From a bacterium (GTDB lineage: Bacteria; Bdellovibrionota_C; UBA2361; RFPC01), in assembly GCA_030431715.1 (NCBI GenBank), contig JAUIIO010000004.1, positions 977-64,976 on the forward strand: a DNA stretch of 64,000 bases, in the 5' to 3' direction. Shown piece by piece: positions 9,172-18,928 of this stretch. The stretch's first letter is position 1. Every line of letters starts with the position of its first letter. Made by a program: the position numbers and the translations under genes. A model generated the notes under the pieces. It was not told the origin of the DNA and searched no databases. It saw only the letters and a list, made by a program, of their open reading frames with translations.

Positions 9172-10755
9172 ATGATAAATAGTGACACGTATCTAAGGGA
9201 AGCTGATGACGAGGAGCTACGTGCTGAGCTCAAGGAAGGTCCGCATTCGATATTCAGGATCTGTCACACTGTGGCTATTCTCACTATTGCAGTAGTGTAT
9301 CTTCATTTTGCTGCTGCTGACTCATACTATGTACATATTGGAGTGGGGGGCTTCTTACTCTTTCAGCTCTGGTATTTACTGCGTGTACGATCCGAGATGC
9401 TCAGGCTTTTAGCCGCACGAGTAGAAAAAGAGCGTATTCTCACTTACGTACAAGACAAGAAAAAGCAACTGGAACAAACGAACCTTCGTCTGCGTGAGGC
9501 GCAAGTCGTTGCGGATTCAGCGAATAAAGCTAAGAGCAGATTTTTGGCAAAAGTTTCTCATGAGCTTCGTACTCCGCTAAATGCAATTATTGGAATGAAT
9601 GACATTGCTATGGAGATCTCGACAGAAGAAGAGGTCGCTGAATGTCTTAATGAAGTAAAATCTTCAGCCTCCGGTTTTCTCGACCTTATCAATGACGTTC
9701 TGGATATATCAAAGATAGAGTCGGGTACAATTGAAGTCCAGGAGAGGGGGTTTTCACACTCTACGCTTATTCAGCATGTCATATCTCTGACAAAGGCGAT
9801 CTCTCACAGAAAGAAGATCGATTTTCATGCTGAGATCGATGATGATATTCCAGAGTATCTTGTTGGAGATGTCGTTAAAATTCGTCAGGTGCTTGTAAAT
9901 CTGCTGGGGAATGCGGTGAAGTACTCACCAATAAATCGCTCTGTTCACCTTCGCATGAGTAGAGTAGAGCCGGATCCGCGCACTGGATGCATTCGCATTC
10001 GGTACTCGATACGTGATCACGGTGTTGGGATGAATAAGCACCTTAAGGCTCATATCGCTAACGCGCTATTGCAAGATTCTGCTTCACATCCTTTAGGAAC
10101 ACATGGCGGGGGATTAGGTCTATCGCTATCGGCCTTTCTTGTATCACTTATGGGAGGTGAATTCTCATTTACTAGTGAAGAAGGACGGGGAAGTGAATTT
10201 GTATTCATCCTTCCATTTACAGAGGCGCTCCAGGCAGAGATTGAAGATGTTTCTGAGACTACTAATAGTGTCTTCGGTCCTCGATCATCAACGGAACCCA
10301 TTACAGAGCAGCAAACAAGAGTCCTCGTAGTAGAAGATAATCTCATTAACAAAAAAGTTATTTCTCACTTCCTGCAGAAGAATGGTTTTGAGCAGCTTCG
10401 ATTTGCTGAGAATGGTGAAGAGGCGCTCTCGCTCTTTAAGGCAGAATCTTTTGATATTATTCTCATGGACTGTCAAATGCCGGTAATGGATGGCTACACC
10501 GCGACAAGAGCAATTCGCTTGATGGAGCAGACACAAGGAGTTGCTATGCCAGTACCGATTGTAGCTGTGACAGCACAAGCCATGGTTGGTGATCGCGAAC
10601 GATGTCTCCAATCAGGAATGAACGATGTTGTTACAAAGCCCATAGATAGAGGACTTCTGCTAGCAACTATTCGAAAGCACCTCTCCAGAGGAGAAAGAGA
10701 AGACGAACATTTCAGCAGTGGACTTGAAGAATCCTTGAGTTCATCAAGTCTCTAG
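9172..10755 (+). CDS. hybrid sensor histidine kinase / response regulator
   Basis: Two N-terminal TM segments. HisKA H-box FLAKVSHELRTPLNAIIGM. HATPase motifs VLVNLLGNAVKYS and HGGGLGLSLS. C-terminal receiver domain VLVVEDNLINKKV...ILMDCQMPVMDGY. Confidence 0.9.
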   Translation: MINSDTYLREADDEELRAELKEGPHSIFRICHTVAILTIAVVYLHFAAADSYYVHIGVGGFLLFQLWYLLRVRSEMLRLLAARVEKERILTYVQDKKKQLEQTNLRLREAQVVADSANKAKSRFLAKVSHELRTPLNAIIGMNDIAMEISTEEEVAECLNEVKSSASGFLDLINDVLDISKIESGTIEVQERGFSHSTLIQHVISLTKAISHRKKIDFHAEIDDDIPEYLVGDVVKIRQVLVNLLGNAVKYSPINRSVHLRMSRVEPDPRTGCIRIRYSIRDHGVGMNKHLKAHIANALLQDSASHPLGTHGGGLGLSLSAFLVSLMGGEFSFTSEEGRGSEFVFILPFTEALQAEIEDVSETTNSVFGPRSSTEPITEQQTRVLVVEDNLINKKVISHFLQKNGFEQLRFAENGEEALSLFKAESFDIILMDCQMPVMDGYTATRAIRLMEQTQGVAMPVPIVAVTAQAMVGDRERCLQSGMNDVVTKPIDRGLLLATIRKHLSRGEREDEHFSSGLEESLSSSSL

Positions 10756-10768
10756 GTAATCTTCATTT

Positions 10769-11620
10769 TTACGACTTACAGTGTGCCGTAAATATACGCT
10801 TGGCCTCAGGCATCCATTCACGAAATTGACTAATCCGGGTAGATGGCGCCGGGTGTGTGCTCATAAACTCAGGGGGAGTACTACGATTTGCTTCAGCCAT
10901 TCGCTCCCAGAGTAGCGGTGCCTCTTCAGGATTAAAGCAAGCTTTGGCGAGATAGATGAGTCCGATGTAATCGGCCTCTGATTCGTGTTTGCGAGAGTAG
11001 GGGAGAAGAATGCCAAACCGGCTTCCAATACCAAGCGCTCCGAGTACGATACGTTGCGTATTTACCTCCATGTCTCCAATAGATGCCCCAACAGCAAGAG
11101 TCCCAACTTGAGTAAGACGTTGATGAGCCATACGCTCTGCGCCGTGCCTTGCTACCGCGTGGGCTATTTCATGGCCGAGCACAGTAGCAAGACCATCTTC
11201 GTTCTGAGTAATAGGGAGAATGCCGGTGTAAACGGCTACTTTGCCGCCAGGAAGAGCAAAGGCATTTGCCTGTTCTGATCTGATGAGATTAAATTCCCAC
11301 TGCATATCTTTCGCGTCAACAACAGCTGCCACGCGTTTGGCTACATTGCGTAGCATCTTTACCTCTGGCCCGGACCCGATAACATCTTCTTGGGAAAGAA
11401 TCTCTCGGTATGAGCTTAAGCCTAGGGCGATCTCTTGTTGTCGCGAGATGTCAATGAGCTGTGTGCGACCAGTAACCGGTACCGTTTCTTGGTGGGAGGC
11501 AAAGTAATATATCAGGTAGGCTCCAAAGAGGAGTAGTGGCCAGATACGTAATTTCCCCTTTCGATTTCGGGTAACTTTACGTCCAAGATCTCTCATCGGT
11601 ATTCTGCGCATCTGATACAT
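10769..11620 (-). CDS. M48-family zinc metallopeptidase (LoiP/YcaL/BepA-like), N-terminal membrane anchor
   Basis: HEIAHAVARHGAE (HExxH) plus a downstream ESEADYIG glutamate motif. N-terminal hydrophobic segment. Confidence 0.8.
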   Translation of the reverse strand: MYQMRRIPMRDLGRKVTRNRKGKLRIWPLLLFGAYLIYYFASHQETVPVTGRTQLIDISRQQEIALGLSSYREILSQEDVIGSGPEVKMLRNVAKRVAAVVDAKDMQWEFNLIRSEQANAFALPGGKVAVYTGILPITQNEDGLATVLGHEIAHAVARHGAERMAHQRLTQVGTLAVGASIGDMEVNTQRIVLGALGIGSRFGILLPYSRKHESEADYIGLIYLAKACFNPEEAPLLWERMAEANRSTPPEFMSTHPAPSTRISQFREWMPEAKRIFTAHCKS

Positions 11621-11666
11621 GGCAGATATTATACCAATGGTTCGCGGCTAAAGTACACTTGTATCA

Positions 11667-12059
11667 CTACTTTCTTATGATTTCTAATAGCAGGTGTCTT
11701 TTACCTTTGCCGTTCTTCTTAAGGTAGGAATTCTGGACGAACTCCTGATGAGGTTTGTCGTTTATCCAGACCATGGGTATCTCAGGAGCCACTTTTACTT
11801 TACTTCCTTCATCGGGAACAATCACAATAGTGCCGGGTATATTACCAACTATAATTTGTAAGCTGTCTCCTTTTGCCGTGTATTCAAAGGGCGAACTTTC
11901 ACTCGCTCCAACAACTTTAAAAGGAGTCTTCCCCAGCATATAGGTACTTCCTATTTCGGGAAGCTCTGATTCGGTGCTTACTTCAGCTCTGATCTCAGAG
12001 TGAAAAGAGAGAAAGCATATGAGAGTTATGTTGCAAAGAATGATCAAGCGCTGAATCAT
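11667..12059 (-). CDS. secreted hypothetical protein (130 aa)
   Basis: N-terminal signal-peptide-like segment LIILCNITLICFLSFHSEIRA. No known domain. Confidence 0.45.
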   Translation of the reverse strand: MIQRLIILCNITLICFLSFHSEIRAEVSTESELPEIGSTYMLGKTPFKVVGASESSPFEYTAKGDSLQIIVGNIPGTIVIVPDEGSKVKVAPEIPMVWINDKPHQEFVQNSYLKKNGKGKRHLLLEIIRK

Positions 12060-12080
12060 AAGAGATGTCTCACAAAGAAA

Positions 12081-12144
12081 AAAGAGCGGTTATAAAATTG
12101 AAGCTCTGACTTTAAGATAGCGGCTCGCTGTTAAAGCCAGAGCT
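12081..12144 (-). terminator. putative rho-independent terminator of the lipoprotein gene
   Basis: Imperfect hairpin agctctgacttta (12102-12114) / taaagccagagct (12132-12144), 12 of 13 bp paired. It sits just 3' of the TAA at 12152-12154 on the minus strand. It is followed on that strand by a T-rich run (revcomp of 12081-12101 = TCAATTTTATAACCGCTCTTTT). Confidence 0.4.
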
Positions 12145-12151
12145 AAAAAAT

Positions 12152-12754
12152 TTAAGAAACGTTAACGGTAAAGTTACCCTTTATAGTGGTTGTGCCATCT
12201 GTAAGGTCGACGCTTCCAGTTATCTTATCTTGAGATACTGAGGCGATGGTGATTTTGCCTTCCTTCATGTCGGCCATGTTAAGACCTTTTGAGTCCTGTT
12301 TGCCGCCTTTTCCAGCGTAGAAGGTGCCACTATTTGCCGTATGAAAGACAGAACCGGTGTTTCCGACCCGAGCTGGATATTCTCCTGGCTTAAGCGTTGT
12401 TTCCTTCCCGCTTCCCTTCTCGCCAATGAGTGAGATCTCAACTCTTTTACGTCCTTCTTCTCTTGCAGATTTATACACCTTCATCTTGTTTAGTGGGGTA
12501 GGGAGCTCATAGTTGGCAATAATAAAGGTATACATCGCAGCATCACTGGTGGTGCTGACAATAACACCACTTGATTTTGCTTCAATGCTGTCGGAACTAT
12601 CATCTGAGCTAACAGTTATTCCTGAACCGCCTGAGCATGCAGAAATGAAAAAGAACAAGATGCAGAGTAAAGAAATGCGTAAAACGTTCATAAGGTCTCC
12701 ATGAAAAAGGGAATAAGTAAAATATGACAACGAGAGATGGTGCCATATGGCCAT
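12152..12754 (-). CDS. hypothetical lipoprotein (200 aa)
   Basis: Lipobox FFISAC followed by a Gly/Ser-rich linker. Ser/Thr-rich mature region. Confidence 0.5.
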   Translation of the reverse strand: MAIWHHLSLSYFTYSLFHGDLMNVLRISLLCILFFFISACSGGSGITVSSDDSSDSIEAKSSGVIVSTTSDAAMYTFIIANYELPTPLNKMKVYKSAREEGRKRVEISLIGEKGSGKETTLKPGEYPARVGNTGSVFHTANSGTFYAGKGGKQDSKGLNMADMKEGKITIASVSQDKITGSVDLTDGTTTIKGNFTVNVS

Positions 12755-13037
12755 AAGGATATCAATTTAAATCCCGTGTTTTACTTTTTCGTACTTGGTA
12801 GGAGGTCTATGGCATGTAAGAACTGTACGATTTTACTAATGAAGACCAGTGCCTATCTGCCGGACAGCCTCGTAAAAAGCTCAAGAAAATGCTGACCTTA
12901 TGTTCCATTAGTTTGAGTAGCTGCATAACATATTCTAAGATATCTACTTGTCATTTTGTGTTTTGCTTACAATGCTGAGCTAGCAAAGAATGAGGTGTTT
13001 GTCTTTGATAAAGTGTATAATATTAGTGAGTTAAGCA

Positions 13038-15134
13038 TTGAGAGATCCTCAGAATACACATAATCAGGATTTGAAGGGTAGGGGCTCTGGTGAAGATTCT
13101 GGGCTAGTTAGCGCTACTCCTGTTGCTCGAGATACCCCACTAAGTGATCATCGTGAGCAAAAAGCAGAAGAAGTTGTAGCTGTTCGTGAGGCAGTTGAGC
13201 ATTCACGTGAGAGCCGCACACTTACCTCGGAAGCCTCTTACCCTTATGTGACGCTCCAGAAGCAGATAACTCAAACTTTAGGTGCTCAGCCAAGTACACT
13301 TGCGATCGATATTATTTCAAGAGACCGTTTTGATGCCGATCTCAGTATTCGCTCGCCAGAACTTTTAAGTGCTCAGGGAAAGGGGACCTTCATAAAAGAA
13401 ACACTTCCGCGCTGGAAGCAGCAGCTAGAAAGTTCTGATCTGAAGACACAGGGAGTGATAGAGCGTGTTGATACGAAAGGTATCTTTCTTAATGTTCGTC
13501 TGAGCGACGAACAACTTTTTCGTTGTCTGTCATCTGTTCAGAGCTTAAAAGATCAATACGGAGAAGGCGTAGCTCTGGCCGGAAATCGCATAGTGGTTGA
13601 TTATTCTAGTCCGAATGCTGCTAAAAACCTGCATGCCGGGCATATTCGCTCAACGATTATTGGTGAGGCGTTATCAAATATCTATGACGCTTGCGGCGCA
13701 ACAGTATTCCGAGTGAATCATTTAAACGATTGGGGAGGATTTGGCTTTCTCATCGAAGCACAAGAGCGGACGGGCATCTCACTTGATTCGAACGCAGCCC
13801 TCGCATCGCTCTATGCCTTAAGACGTACAGCTGAACGCGCATCTTCGTCTGAGGACTTTTTTCAGGAGCTAACTGATAATGAGAAGGAGCTCCTAGTAAA
13901 GTGTCTTGGTGAGTTCTCAAATCTTGGTGAGCTTCAAGAGCAGTGGTATGCTTTTGGTGAAAAATCTAAGGAACGCTTTATCGCACTTGAGCAGGGAAAT
14001 GCTCACGAGGTAGCTGTCTGGAAGCAGATGGTAGACCTGAGTCTTGCTGATTTTGAAAAGTTTTATTCGTTACTTGGCACCTCTCATGACATTACACTTG
14101 GTGAGAGTTATTACGCCGGAAAAGCTAGCGAGCTGCTAGAAGAATCACTTGCCCGTGGCTCAGCCTTTCACTTCTCTTCAGCTGAAGCTCAGGCCGTAAT
14201 GGCAACGAGGATAGAGCAAGACGAGAAGGCTGCTGAATATGAGCGCAGAGAACTTGAATCTGACATTGGTGCAATAGTAGTTCCACTTGAAAATGATAAA
14301 AGACTTGTTCTACAGCGAAGCGATGGGACTACCATATATGCTTCACGTGATCTTGCCGCTATCAAGTCGCGAGGTAAGGAATTTGAATGTGACGAGATCG
14401 TATATGTCGTAGGACAGGAGCAGTCAGCATATTTTCGAGATCTCTTTGATGCTGCAAACAGCCTAGTTCCGGAAGACTCTAGACCTTCGAAGCTTACCCA
14501 CGTGCCCTTTGGATTCTATGTTAATCCGCAGAAACAAAAACTTTCGAGTAGAGATGGAGCCTCTAATGTCATGCGCTTACTCAATTCTTCGATTGCGCAT
14601 TTTGAGAAAACGCTTAGAGAGCGTGGAACACTCCCGGAGGATAAAGTTCAGCAAACTGCCAGTGAGCTAGCCACTGGCTCGATAACCTTTAACGATCTCA
14701 GACGTGATCGCGTTACCCCAGTGCCTCTAAAAGACGATCTCGCTGAGCAGATGACAGAATTTGAGCGCTCCGGTGGAGCATACGTCATGTATACCGCTTG
14801 TCGAGCGAATTCGATTTTAGGACGCCATGAGGGAACAGTGCCGAGTATTGAGGATATTGACTCTCCGCAGTTAAATGAGCAGGAGATAGGCCTAATTAAG
14901 GAATTAGTCCGATATCCAGAGGTTGTTACTCGAGCAGCGACAGAACATAGTCCAACGATTGTTGTAAATTACACCCTTGAGCTTGCGCGTCAGTATAATA
15001 GTTACTACTCAGAATGCCCGGTATTTCGAAATGGTGTACCTGATATACCCAGACTTGCTCTCACACAGGCAGTAAACCAAGGTTTAAGAAATGCCTTGCG
15101 TTTACTAAACATCAATTGTCCTGAACGTATTTAA
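13038..15134 (+). CDS. argS: arginine--tRNA ligase
   Basis: SPNAAKNLHAGHIRSTIIGEAL and NHLNDWGGFGF align to the E. coli ArgS class-I HIGH region ([20 protein letters not shown] / NHVGDWGTQFGM). C-terminal anticodon-binding region present. The ORF carries a ~60-100 aa low-complexity N-terminal extension, so the true start may lie downstream. Confidence 0.88.
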   Translation: MRDPQNTHNQDLKGRGSGEDSGLVSATPVARDTPLSDHREQKAEEVVAVREAVEHSRESRTLTSEASYPYVTLQKQITQTLGAQPSTLAIDIISRDRFDADLSIRSPELLSAQGKGTFIKETLPRWKQQLESSDLKTQGVIERVDTKGIFLNVRLSDEQLFRCLSSVQSLKDQYGEGVALAGNRIVVDYSSPNAAKNLHAGHIRSTIIGEALSNIYDACGATVFRVNHLNDWGGFGFLIEAQERTGISLDSNAALASLYALRRTAERASSSEDFFQELTDNEKELLVKCLGEFSNLGELQEQWYAFGEKSKERFIALEQGNAHEVAVWKQMVDLSLADFEKFYSLLGTSHDITLGESYYAGKASELLEESLARGSAFHFSSAEAQAVMATRIEQDEKAAEYERRELESDIGAIVVPLENDKRLVLQRSDGTTIYASRDLAAIKSRGKEFECDEIVYVVGQEQSAYFRDLFDAANSLVPEDSRPSKLTHVPFGFYVNPQKQKLSSRDGASNVMRLLNSSIAHFEKTLRERGTLPEDKVQQTASELATGSITFNDLRRDRVTPVPLKDDLAEQMTEFERSGGAYVMYTACRANSILGRHEGTVPSIEDIDSPQLNEQEIGLIKELVRYPEVVTRAATEHSPTIVVNYTLELARQYNSYYSECPVFRNGVPDIPRLALTQAVNQGLRNALRLLNINCPERI

Positions 15135-15255
15135 GTCGTAGGTCTGACGGGCTATATACTACAATAGAATCAGAGACTCTTACTGCAGCTGAATACGAAG
15201 CCGATGCCAGAGAATGGCTGCTCAATTATTGCTAAATTCGATGGGCCACCCCTAC

Positions 15256-15287
15256 TTTTGACCGATAAGGTTACTTATCGGTCAAAA
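15256..15287. repeat. perfect 14-bp inverted repeat with 4-nt loop (TTTTGACCGATAAG gtta CTTATCGGTCAAAA)
   Basis: Read directly from the sequence. Lies in the gap between convergent argS (+) and the small-ORF islet (-). No U-tract on either side, so it is more likely a protein-binding palindrome or REP-like element than a classical terminator. Confidence 0.6.
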
Positions 15288-15368
15288 ACATAAGGCCTCC
15301 CCTGAGCTCTTTGTGGCCTATCCTCTTGAAACCCGTGAAATAAGTAAGTGGCCTAATAATGCCACTAA

Positions 15369-15845
15369 TTAAAATTTGTACGCCTCCACAAGACGAAGCG
15401 CCTCTTCGTCGCAGTACGATTCTTCACTCAGTGAGCTTTTGCCGGTTAATCTCGGGTTCTCTCGGTTACTGTTGTATTCAATATGTTTCAACTCATGAAA
15501 GAGTATAAAGAGTGCATATCTCTTAGACGAAGATTCGGGCCACGTAATTGAAGCTGATTCCAAGTCAACTTTGCCACCCAATTCAATCACATATTTAAGG
15601 TAACTGTTTGAATCGGACAACATACGCGACTTATTAGAATCTAAACAGAAGTTTATTCTGATTTCGTAGCCAGATCCTCTTGTGACCAGTCTGCCCTCTT
15701 GAGTTGTTGCTTGATTACATCCAAAACGAATAGCTCGAATATTCGAAGTTAAATCTTTACTCAATACATTCAACGCTGCGCGCACTTCTGCGGTTGTGAG
15801 GGGATAGCTGTAATTAGAGGAAACTTGATCAAATGTAATTTTCAT
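15369..15845 (-). CDS. hypothetical protein (158 aa) with HExxH motif
   Basis: ORF in the lower-GC islet. Contains FILFHELKHIEYN, a candidate zinc-metallopeptidase HExxH. No other similarity recognised. Confidence 0.45.
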   Translation of the reverse strand: MKITFDQVSSNYSYPLTTAEVRAALNVLSKDLTSNIRAIRFGCNQATTQEGRLVTRGSGYEIRINFCLDSNKSRMLSDSNSYLKYVIELGGKVDLESASITWPESSSKRYALFILFHELKHIEYNSNRENPRLTGKSSLSEESYCDEEALRLVEAYKF

Positions 15846-15862
15846 CGTTCAACTTAAGAGAC

Positions 15863-16234
15863 TTAATCAGGGGAAAACCTAGATGAAACAACTGCCCCAC
15901 CTGTCACTTCGATAAAGCAGATATCAGCTGAGTACTTTTCACTTAATCTAAATGCATAGCTGGTAATATCACCGCTCATTTCATTTGTTACCATCTCAAA
16001 ATCTTGCATAACCTTTAGCATGACGTGTTCTGACGTGTTCTTGTCAATTGATTCGCAAGTTTGAGAGAAGTTCCTTAGTCGAGAATCTGAGCATCCGACT
16101 ACGGGTAGGAGAATAAGGATAATTAAACAACGTAGGTAAAATGATGGCCTAGCTCTCTTTCCAAATGCATCAATAATAATCTTAATGAAATCTGGTTGAG
16201 TAACCATAATCGAGTCTTCTACTGTCTCTCTCAT
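15863..16234 (-). CDS. hypothetical small protein, probable lipoprotein (start probably at the internal Met; lipobox LLPVVGCSDS)
   Basis: ORF tightly packed in the islet. The internal Met gives a signal peptide plus lipobox. Confidence 0.4.
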   Translation of the reverse strand: MRETVEDSIMVTQPDFIKIIIDAFGKRARPSFYLRCLIILILLPVVGCSDSRLRNFSQTCESIDKNTSEHVMLKVMQDFEMVTNEMSGDITSYAFRLSEKYSADICFIEVTGGAVVSSRFSPD

Positions 16235-16656
16235 TCAAGGTGAGTGGCACTATGTACGGGGGCATAGAACTCCCCTTCTTCTACCTTCTCATCAAGAAGC
16301 ATGCTCCAGTATGCTGAATATGAGTGAAGCGATTTTTGCTCAACAAAGTGGAGAATCACAGTGTGCTGAGGGTAAAATATACTGCCAACACCTTTTTTCG
16401 AAATCTTACACTCATACTTCTCCGTAGTTTTTTGAGTGTAGCAATCAGCTTGCTGAAGCGCTAGCTGAAACAGCGCTTCTTCTACGTTCATGCCTTTTCT
16501 TAGCTTATTTTCAATGTACCTAGGCGTGAGGAGTTGATTCTCTCCCCAGTAAAAAAGCACAACTAAGCACAGTAAAAATAGAGAAGGTAATAGTAGTGCT
16601 AATATAGTAAATGTCTTCACCCTATGCTCGCCATCGAGGAAACTTCTCCAAAACAC
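16231..16656 (-). CDS. hypothetical membrane-anchored protein (141 aa)
   Basis: Overlaps the downstream gene by 4 nt (ATGA-type coupling). N-terminal TM helix ILALLLPSLFLLCLVVLFYW. Confidence 0.4.
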   Translation of the reverse strand: MFWRSFLDGEHRVKTFTILALLLPSLFLLCLVVLFYWGENQLLTPRYIENKLRKGMNVEEALFQLALQQADCYTQKTTEKYECKISKKGVGSIFYPQHTVILHFVEQKSLHSYSAYWSMLLDEKVEEGEFYAPVHSATHLE

Positions 16657-17007
16657 TTATGCTTTTATGTACACTCTCTTGCTAGTCAATTGTATGGTTG
16701 TGAATACATCATCTGAGCCTGTTCCTGTAATTTCCAAAGTAGCCTCTCCGTCCTCATTGAAGTTTAAAGGCAGTAGATCGGAATATTCTTTTGTGGATAT
16801 AACGATGCTGCCACTGTAAATGTCAAAGGGGACATTGATCCTTTTATTGATTGAATTGTCCCCTTGAAGTACAAGACTACACGAACCGTAGTCCCCTTCG
16901 TCGTCTTCTTCCTCATGCAACAGCGCAGGCTCCAGAAACAGAATGATATTATCACTTGTGATTGATATGCTAGAGATCGTTGAATCATGAAATTCTAAGT
17001 ACTTCAT
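16657..17007 (-). CDS. hypothetical acidic cytoplasmic protein (116 aa)
   Basis: Abuts the next gene (stop at 16657, next start at 16656). Low GC (~40%). EEEDDEGDYGSC acidic patch. Confidence 0.4.
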   Translation of the reverse strand: MKYLEFHDSTISSISITSDNIILFLEPALLHEEEDDEGDYGSCSLVLQGDNSINKRINVPFDIYSGSIVISTKEYSDLLPLNFNEDGEATLEITGTGSDDVFTTIQLTSKRVYIKA

Positions 17008-17128
17008 ATTGTATTCCTACGGAACAGGTAAAGGTACAATCTTAGCTGGAAGATAATTATATTTAGTATCCGTGTTAATATCTAGAAGTTTCTCGCCCTT
17101 CTAATTGGAAGCACACTAAGAGCTAACG

Positions 17129-17764
17129 TTAATCAGATACAGCGATCTTAAGCCCAAGCGCTATTAAGATGGCGCCGGTTATTCGTTCAAACCAGTGTCC
17201 AAATCGCAAGAATGCTGCGCGTACCCTTTCGTGGGTAAAGAAAATGGCCACGAACATAAACCAGATTACTGCATTGGCTACCATCCAGAAGCCATAGAAG
17301 GCTTGGAGTGCTATCGGTGTATCGGGGCTGATGACGACTGAAAATACTGAGAGGAAAAATAGCGTGGCCTTCGGATTAAGAAGGTTTGTGATAAATCCGA
17401 TCTTAAAATCTGAAGAGCCACTCGTAGACTTCTCTTGAGCTGTGGTGTTCTCCTGTAAGGAGTTTTGCTCTGATGGCTTTGAGCGGAGTGACTTAATACC
17501 TAGCACAATTAAGTAGGCAGCACCGAGGAACTTAATCAGGTTAAAGAGAACTATCGACTTTGAGACGATATAGCCGAGGCCTAACAAACAATACAATAGA
17601 TGCACAACAATGGCTGCGCCTATGCCAAGGCTTGTAATAAAAGCCGCCCTTCTGCCACGTACGATACTTTGACGTACAATGATCGCAAAGTCGGGGCCGG
17701 GACTGATCAGGGCAAAGATATTGATAGCAACTAGGGAGAGAAATTCGTGGTAGTAGTTTTCCAT
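17129..17764 (-). CDS. LysE/RhtB-family amino-acid exporter
   Basis: 211 aa, 6 TM helices. N-terminal FALISPGPDFAIIVRQS signature of the LysE-type translocator family. Confidence 0.85.
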   Translation of the reverse strand: MENYYHEFLSLVAINIFALISPGPDFAIIVRQSIVRGRRAAFITSLGIGAAIVVHLLYCLLGLGYIVSKSIVLFNLIKFLGAAYLIVLGIKSLRSKPSEQNSLQENTTAQEKSTSGSSDFKIGFITNLLNPKATLFFLSVFSVVISPDTPIALQAFYGFWMVANAVIWFMFVAIFFTHERVRAAFLRFGHWFERITGAILIALGLKIAVSD

Positions 17765-17788
17765 CTGTATTTTATAACCTAAATATCC

Positions 17789-18868
17789 TCAGGGTAAAAG
17801 GAACTCGCCTGAACAAATGCATGCGGCTAGAGAGCGATTTTTTCCAAGACGATTAAAGCGTTTATCTTCGGTGTCTGGGCCTAGCTCGCGCTTAATGCGT
17901 TCAATGACCTTTTCCCTACTCTGCCATCCTGGCTTATTCGGTTGGATAGAGAGGAGCCTAAGGGGTTGTTCTGCATGTTGAAATGCTATGACAAGGCAAG
18001 ATTCTGTGCGAGCGATGAGTCTTTTTCTGTTCTGTTCGTCACGAAAAAGGACACCGTACTCAGGCGAGGCACTCTTTTGAGGGCGTACGATGTGCCTGAC
18101 GGCGTTTGTGAAATCAATAAAGCCCTGAATTCCAAATTTATCTAAATTATCGTTTTGGTAGCGTTTATTCTTTCCACTATAAGCGCGGTATTCAAAGTAA
18201 TGTACGACTCCTGCGTGATACCCTCTGCCACCGTTTCTATCGCCAACGGCGTTTCGACTTCTTCCCCACATCTCCAGTGCTCTTAGAAAATCAGGATGCT
18301 CTTTCATCTCTTCAAATTCTCGGGTGAGTCTTTCATAAGTCTCATTAACGTGCTGAATACGTGTAGCTCTTACTTGAAGAGATGAGCTTCGTTTTTGTGA
18401 GTAGTGGGCGTTATCTTTAGCCACCGCTTCTCTAAGTTTTAAGAGTTGCGCCCGATCGCTGGTATCGTATGTCAGTGACTTATAGGATACTACGTTTCTT
18501 AATCTGGCTGCTGCTTTAACCTCTTTTTTGTGTAGAGATGCACCTGCGGCAAGCCTCTCTTCCCTCTCGGCTCGGATCTTAATCTTGAAAATCAGAGCTT
18601 CATCTATTGCGTCTTCTACGCGGTGAACTTCAGCAGTTTCGCGGTGTGATTGTGTGTTAAGAAACCTATCACGAAACTCGTGACTATCAAGAAGAGCAGA
18701 GAGCTCCTCTACTCCCCTTTTCGCACATTTTAGTCCTTCAGCAGTAAACTCCGATTGAGTATGCTCGGGACAGGACAGTTGCTGGCACCAGCTATCGATA
18801 GGAGTATTTTCCATCTGCTCACGTATCTGAGCGTGTGTGAGAGAGCTCTCAAATGGTCCAGTCTGCAT
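17789..18868 (-). CDS. hypothetical protein (359 aa)
   Basis: Long ORF, basic/coiled-coil-rich. No recognised motif. Confidence 0.5.
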   Translation of the reverse strand: MQTGPFESSLTHAQIREQMENTPIDSWCQQLSCPEHTQSEFTAEGLKCAKRGVEELSALLDSHEFRDRFLNTQSHRETAEVHRVEDAIDEALIFKIKIRAEREERLAAGASLHKKEVKAAARLRNVVSYKSLTYDTSDRAQLLKLREAVAKDNAHYSQKRSSSLQVRATRIQHVNETYERLTREFEEMKEHPDFLRALEMWGRSRNAVGDRNGGRGYHAGVVHYFEYRAYSGKNKRYQNDNLDKFGIQGFIDFTNAVRHIVRPQKSASPEYGVLFRDEQNRKRLIARTESCLVIAFQHAEQPLRLLSIQPNKPGWQSREKVIERIKRELGPDTEDKRFNRLGKNRSLAACICSGEFLLP

Positions 18869-18928
18869 ACGTGTGTCATTGTACCAGATGTACTTAGTTA
18901 ATCATCTGTGTAGGCCGCATGGGGACGT

